Positions 59,613 to 60,000 of a stretch of DNA of 60,000 nucleotides are shown piece by piece (the stretch's first letter is position 1; each line of letters begins with the position of its first letter). A program made the position numbers and the translations under genes. Source of the stretch: Callorhinchus milii (taxonomy: Eukaryota); the NCBI RefSeq assembly GCF_018977255.1, contig NW_024704742.1, forward strand, positions 1,800,001 to 1,860,000, written 5' to 3'. A model generated the notes under the pieces. It was given only the letters and a program-made list of their open reading frames with translations, was not told where the DNA came from and ran no database searches.

Positions 59613-60000
59613 TTTTTTCACACTGTTTTGTTTTCTAACTTTCATACCAAAGCGTAACTTGTGCTCTACTGACTCTTGCTGGGAGTTTGGAGAAATCCGT
59701 TTGGATTCATGTTAGATTATCATTGAACCATGATAGATCTCTTCGCAGCTTAGAGATGTGGACTTTTCACCTCACTGTTTGCAATTTGTAGCTTGGAAAT
59801 GTCCCAAAGTAAGTATCGGTGAGCCATTGGCTGGGGAATTTCTGAAGTGAACGACAAAGATGCTTTGCCAGGAAACATAAAAAGAGTGATCAAATCAACA
59901 GTATAGTAACATTACAAACAGCAAAATGATTACAGCTTATCAACTAATGGCTTAAAAGTGGTTAATGCCGAGAAATCTCATCTATTGGCAAGGTAACAGT

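Noticed and set aside
1..60000. CRISPR array, operon or other prokaryotic or viral system
   Set aside because: There is no regularly spaced repeat-spacer array and no gene-dense segment. The recurring hairpin motif is the dispersed SINE/LINE tail.

Overview
This is vertebrate genomic DNA. The repeat complement (L2 and CR1 LINE fragments, Deu-domain SINEs, a tRNA-Ala-headed SINE with (ATT)n tails, a Penelope-type end) suggests a cartilaginous fish, probably a holocephalan such as Callorhinchus; this is inference, not a database result. The window is almost entirely intronic. I can support one host coding exon: 43731-43941 (+), 211 bp, AG/GT-bounded, encoding ...DWSLLRDEENGALEAMSLRLMMQDCTAVKTMLLKLKRILQE, which I recognise as an internal exon of CCSER1 (FAM190A). 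The other listed ORFs are retroposon fragments, simple repeats or chance ORFs. I found no convincing wholly new biological system. The best leads are: (i) a Penelope-type end with a degenerate minimal hammerhead ribozyme, masked by a perfect 14-bp inverted repeat; (ii) a 3' stem-loop shared by L2 LINEs and SINEs that shows a compensatory base change and loop switching; (iii) modular SINE families sharing one 3' half; (iv) a CpG-rich candidate internal promoter with spliceable non-coding exons about 3 kb upstream of the exon; (v) inverted SINEs bracketing the exon; and (vi) two sets of local ~120-bp duplications. Repeat boundaries were read by eye and are approximate (about +/-10-30 bp). Family names come from recalled consensus motifs.
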